64,000 bases of DNA from a virus (taxonomy: Duplodnaviria; Caudoviricetes): positions 12,467 through 76,466 of IMG/VR virus record IMGVR_UViG_2974594805_000001. One strand, written 5' to 3'. The position numbers and the translations under genes are program-made. Positions 63,572 to 64,000 of the stretch are shown here, piece by piece. Within the stretch, counting starts at the first letter, position 1. Every line of letters begins with the position of its first letter. Under the pieces are notes generated by a model. The model made no database searches. It had not been told where the DNA came from and saw nothing but the letters and a program-made list of their open reading frames with translations.

Positions 63572-64000
63572 ATGAGCACCATCCTAAAAGCATGGAACGC
63601 AGGCTTTGTTGTGCGTTGGCACACAAATGTCCGCATGAACAACTTCGAAGACCGCAATAATGCACATCAGCATCGAGTCGGCCTTCTCCTGCTGCAATTC
63701 TTCCCTTGGTCGTCCCGTGAGGCAATCATCGACGCCTTCACACACGATCAGGGCGAAGTTGACTTCGCTGACGTGCCATATCCGATCAAACGAAAGCACC
63801 CGATCATCCGTGAACTGGGTGAAAACGTCGAAACTGAGTCCATTGAAGAACAAGGTTTATACCAGTCGATCACCAAATCTGACAAAGAGCGTCGTGCATG
63901 GTGTGATCTGCTTGACAGCTATCTCTGGATGTTGCGTTGTGTTCCTACGCTTCGTCATCGTCCCGAATGGATCGTCCAGTACCAAGAAATGGAAAAAAAA
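63572..64000 (+). CDS. HD-domain 5'-deoxynucleotide phosphohydrolase (YfbR/DatZ-like), truncated by the window end
   Basis: VVRWHT...AHQHRV...FTHDQGE...DVPYPIK...WCDLLD; GAGG RBS; open frame to the window end; absent from the ORF track. Confidence 0.8.
   Translation, partial: MSTILKAWNAGFVVRWHTNVRMNNFEDRNNAHQHRVGLLLLQFFPWSSREAIIDAFTHDQGEVDFADVPYPIKRKHPIIRELGENVETESIEEQGLYQSITKSDKERRAWCDLLDSYLWMLRCVPTLRHRPEWIVQYQEMEKK

Noticed and set aside
63348-63575. 75-aa GTG ORF
   Set aside because: No clear RBS or recognisable protein features; the region is better explained by RNA pairing. Not fully excluded.
1-64000. tRNA genes, CRISPR arrays, integrase, RNAP II subunits
   Set aside because: No cloverleaf/TTCGAATC signature, regularly spaced repeats or matching ORFs were seen; early genes probably lie outside this window

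Overview
This window is 64 kb of a lytic N4-like podovirus genome (Schitoviridae). The host is probably a marine alphaproteobacterium of the Roseobacter group, inferred from the class II B12-dependent RNR, thioredoxin, the rIIA/rIIB/HNH order and a VPLPA-CTERM-like gene. The + strand from 0.2 to 30.3 kb carries a metallophosphoesterase, a virion/tail-appendage module (1.9-9.2 kb) and nucleotide-metabolism and replication genes: MazG-like, Trx, rIIA, rIIB, HNH, NrdJ, Dda-like helicase, family A DNA polymerase, nuclease, primase, AAA ATPase, SSB and RusA-like. The - strand from 30.3 to 59.5 kb is the canonical N4 late block: a 3679-aa Cys-free virion RNA polymerase, ejection proteins, major capsid, portal, spanins, endolysin, holin and terminase. 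A second + strand appendage module (59.6-63.2 kb) is paralogous to the first, and an HD-domain gene is cut by the window end. I found no tRNA, CRISPR array, integrase, reverse transcriptase or RNAP II subunit genes. The main leads are: (1) an ADP-ribosyltransferase-like domain and an extra HExxH metallopeptidase inserted in the virion RNAP, with a free-standing macrodomain-like gene elsewhere; (2) a 255-nt non-coding, possibly pseudoknotted RNA after nrdJ; (3) a structured 270-nt leader before the HD gene; (4) an Acb2/Tad1-like hairpin protein beside a phosphoesterase; (5) duplicated modular appendage loci sharing linker repeats and 19-aa repeats. All family assignments come from motif recognition by eye, not database searches. 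Several starts were moved relative to the ORF track on the basis of RBS positions.
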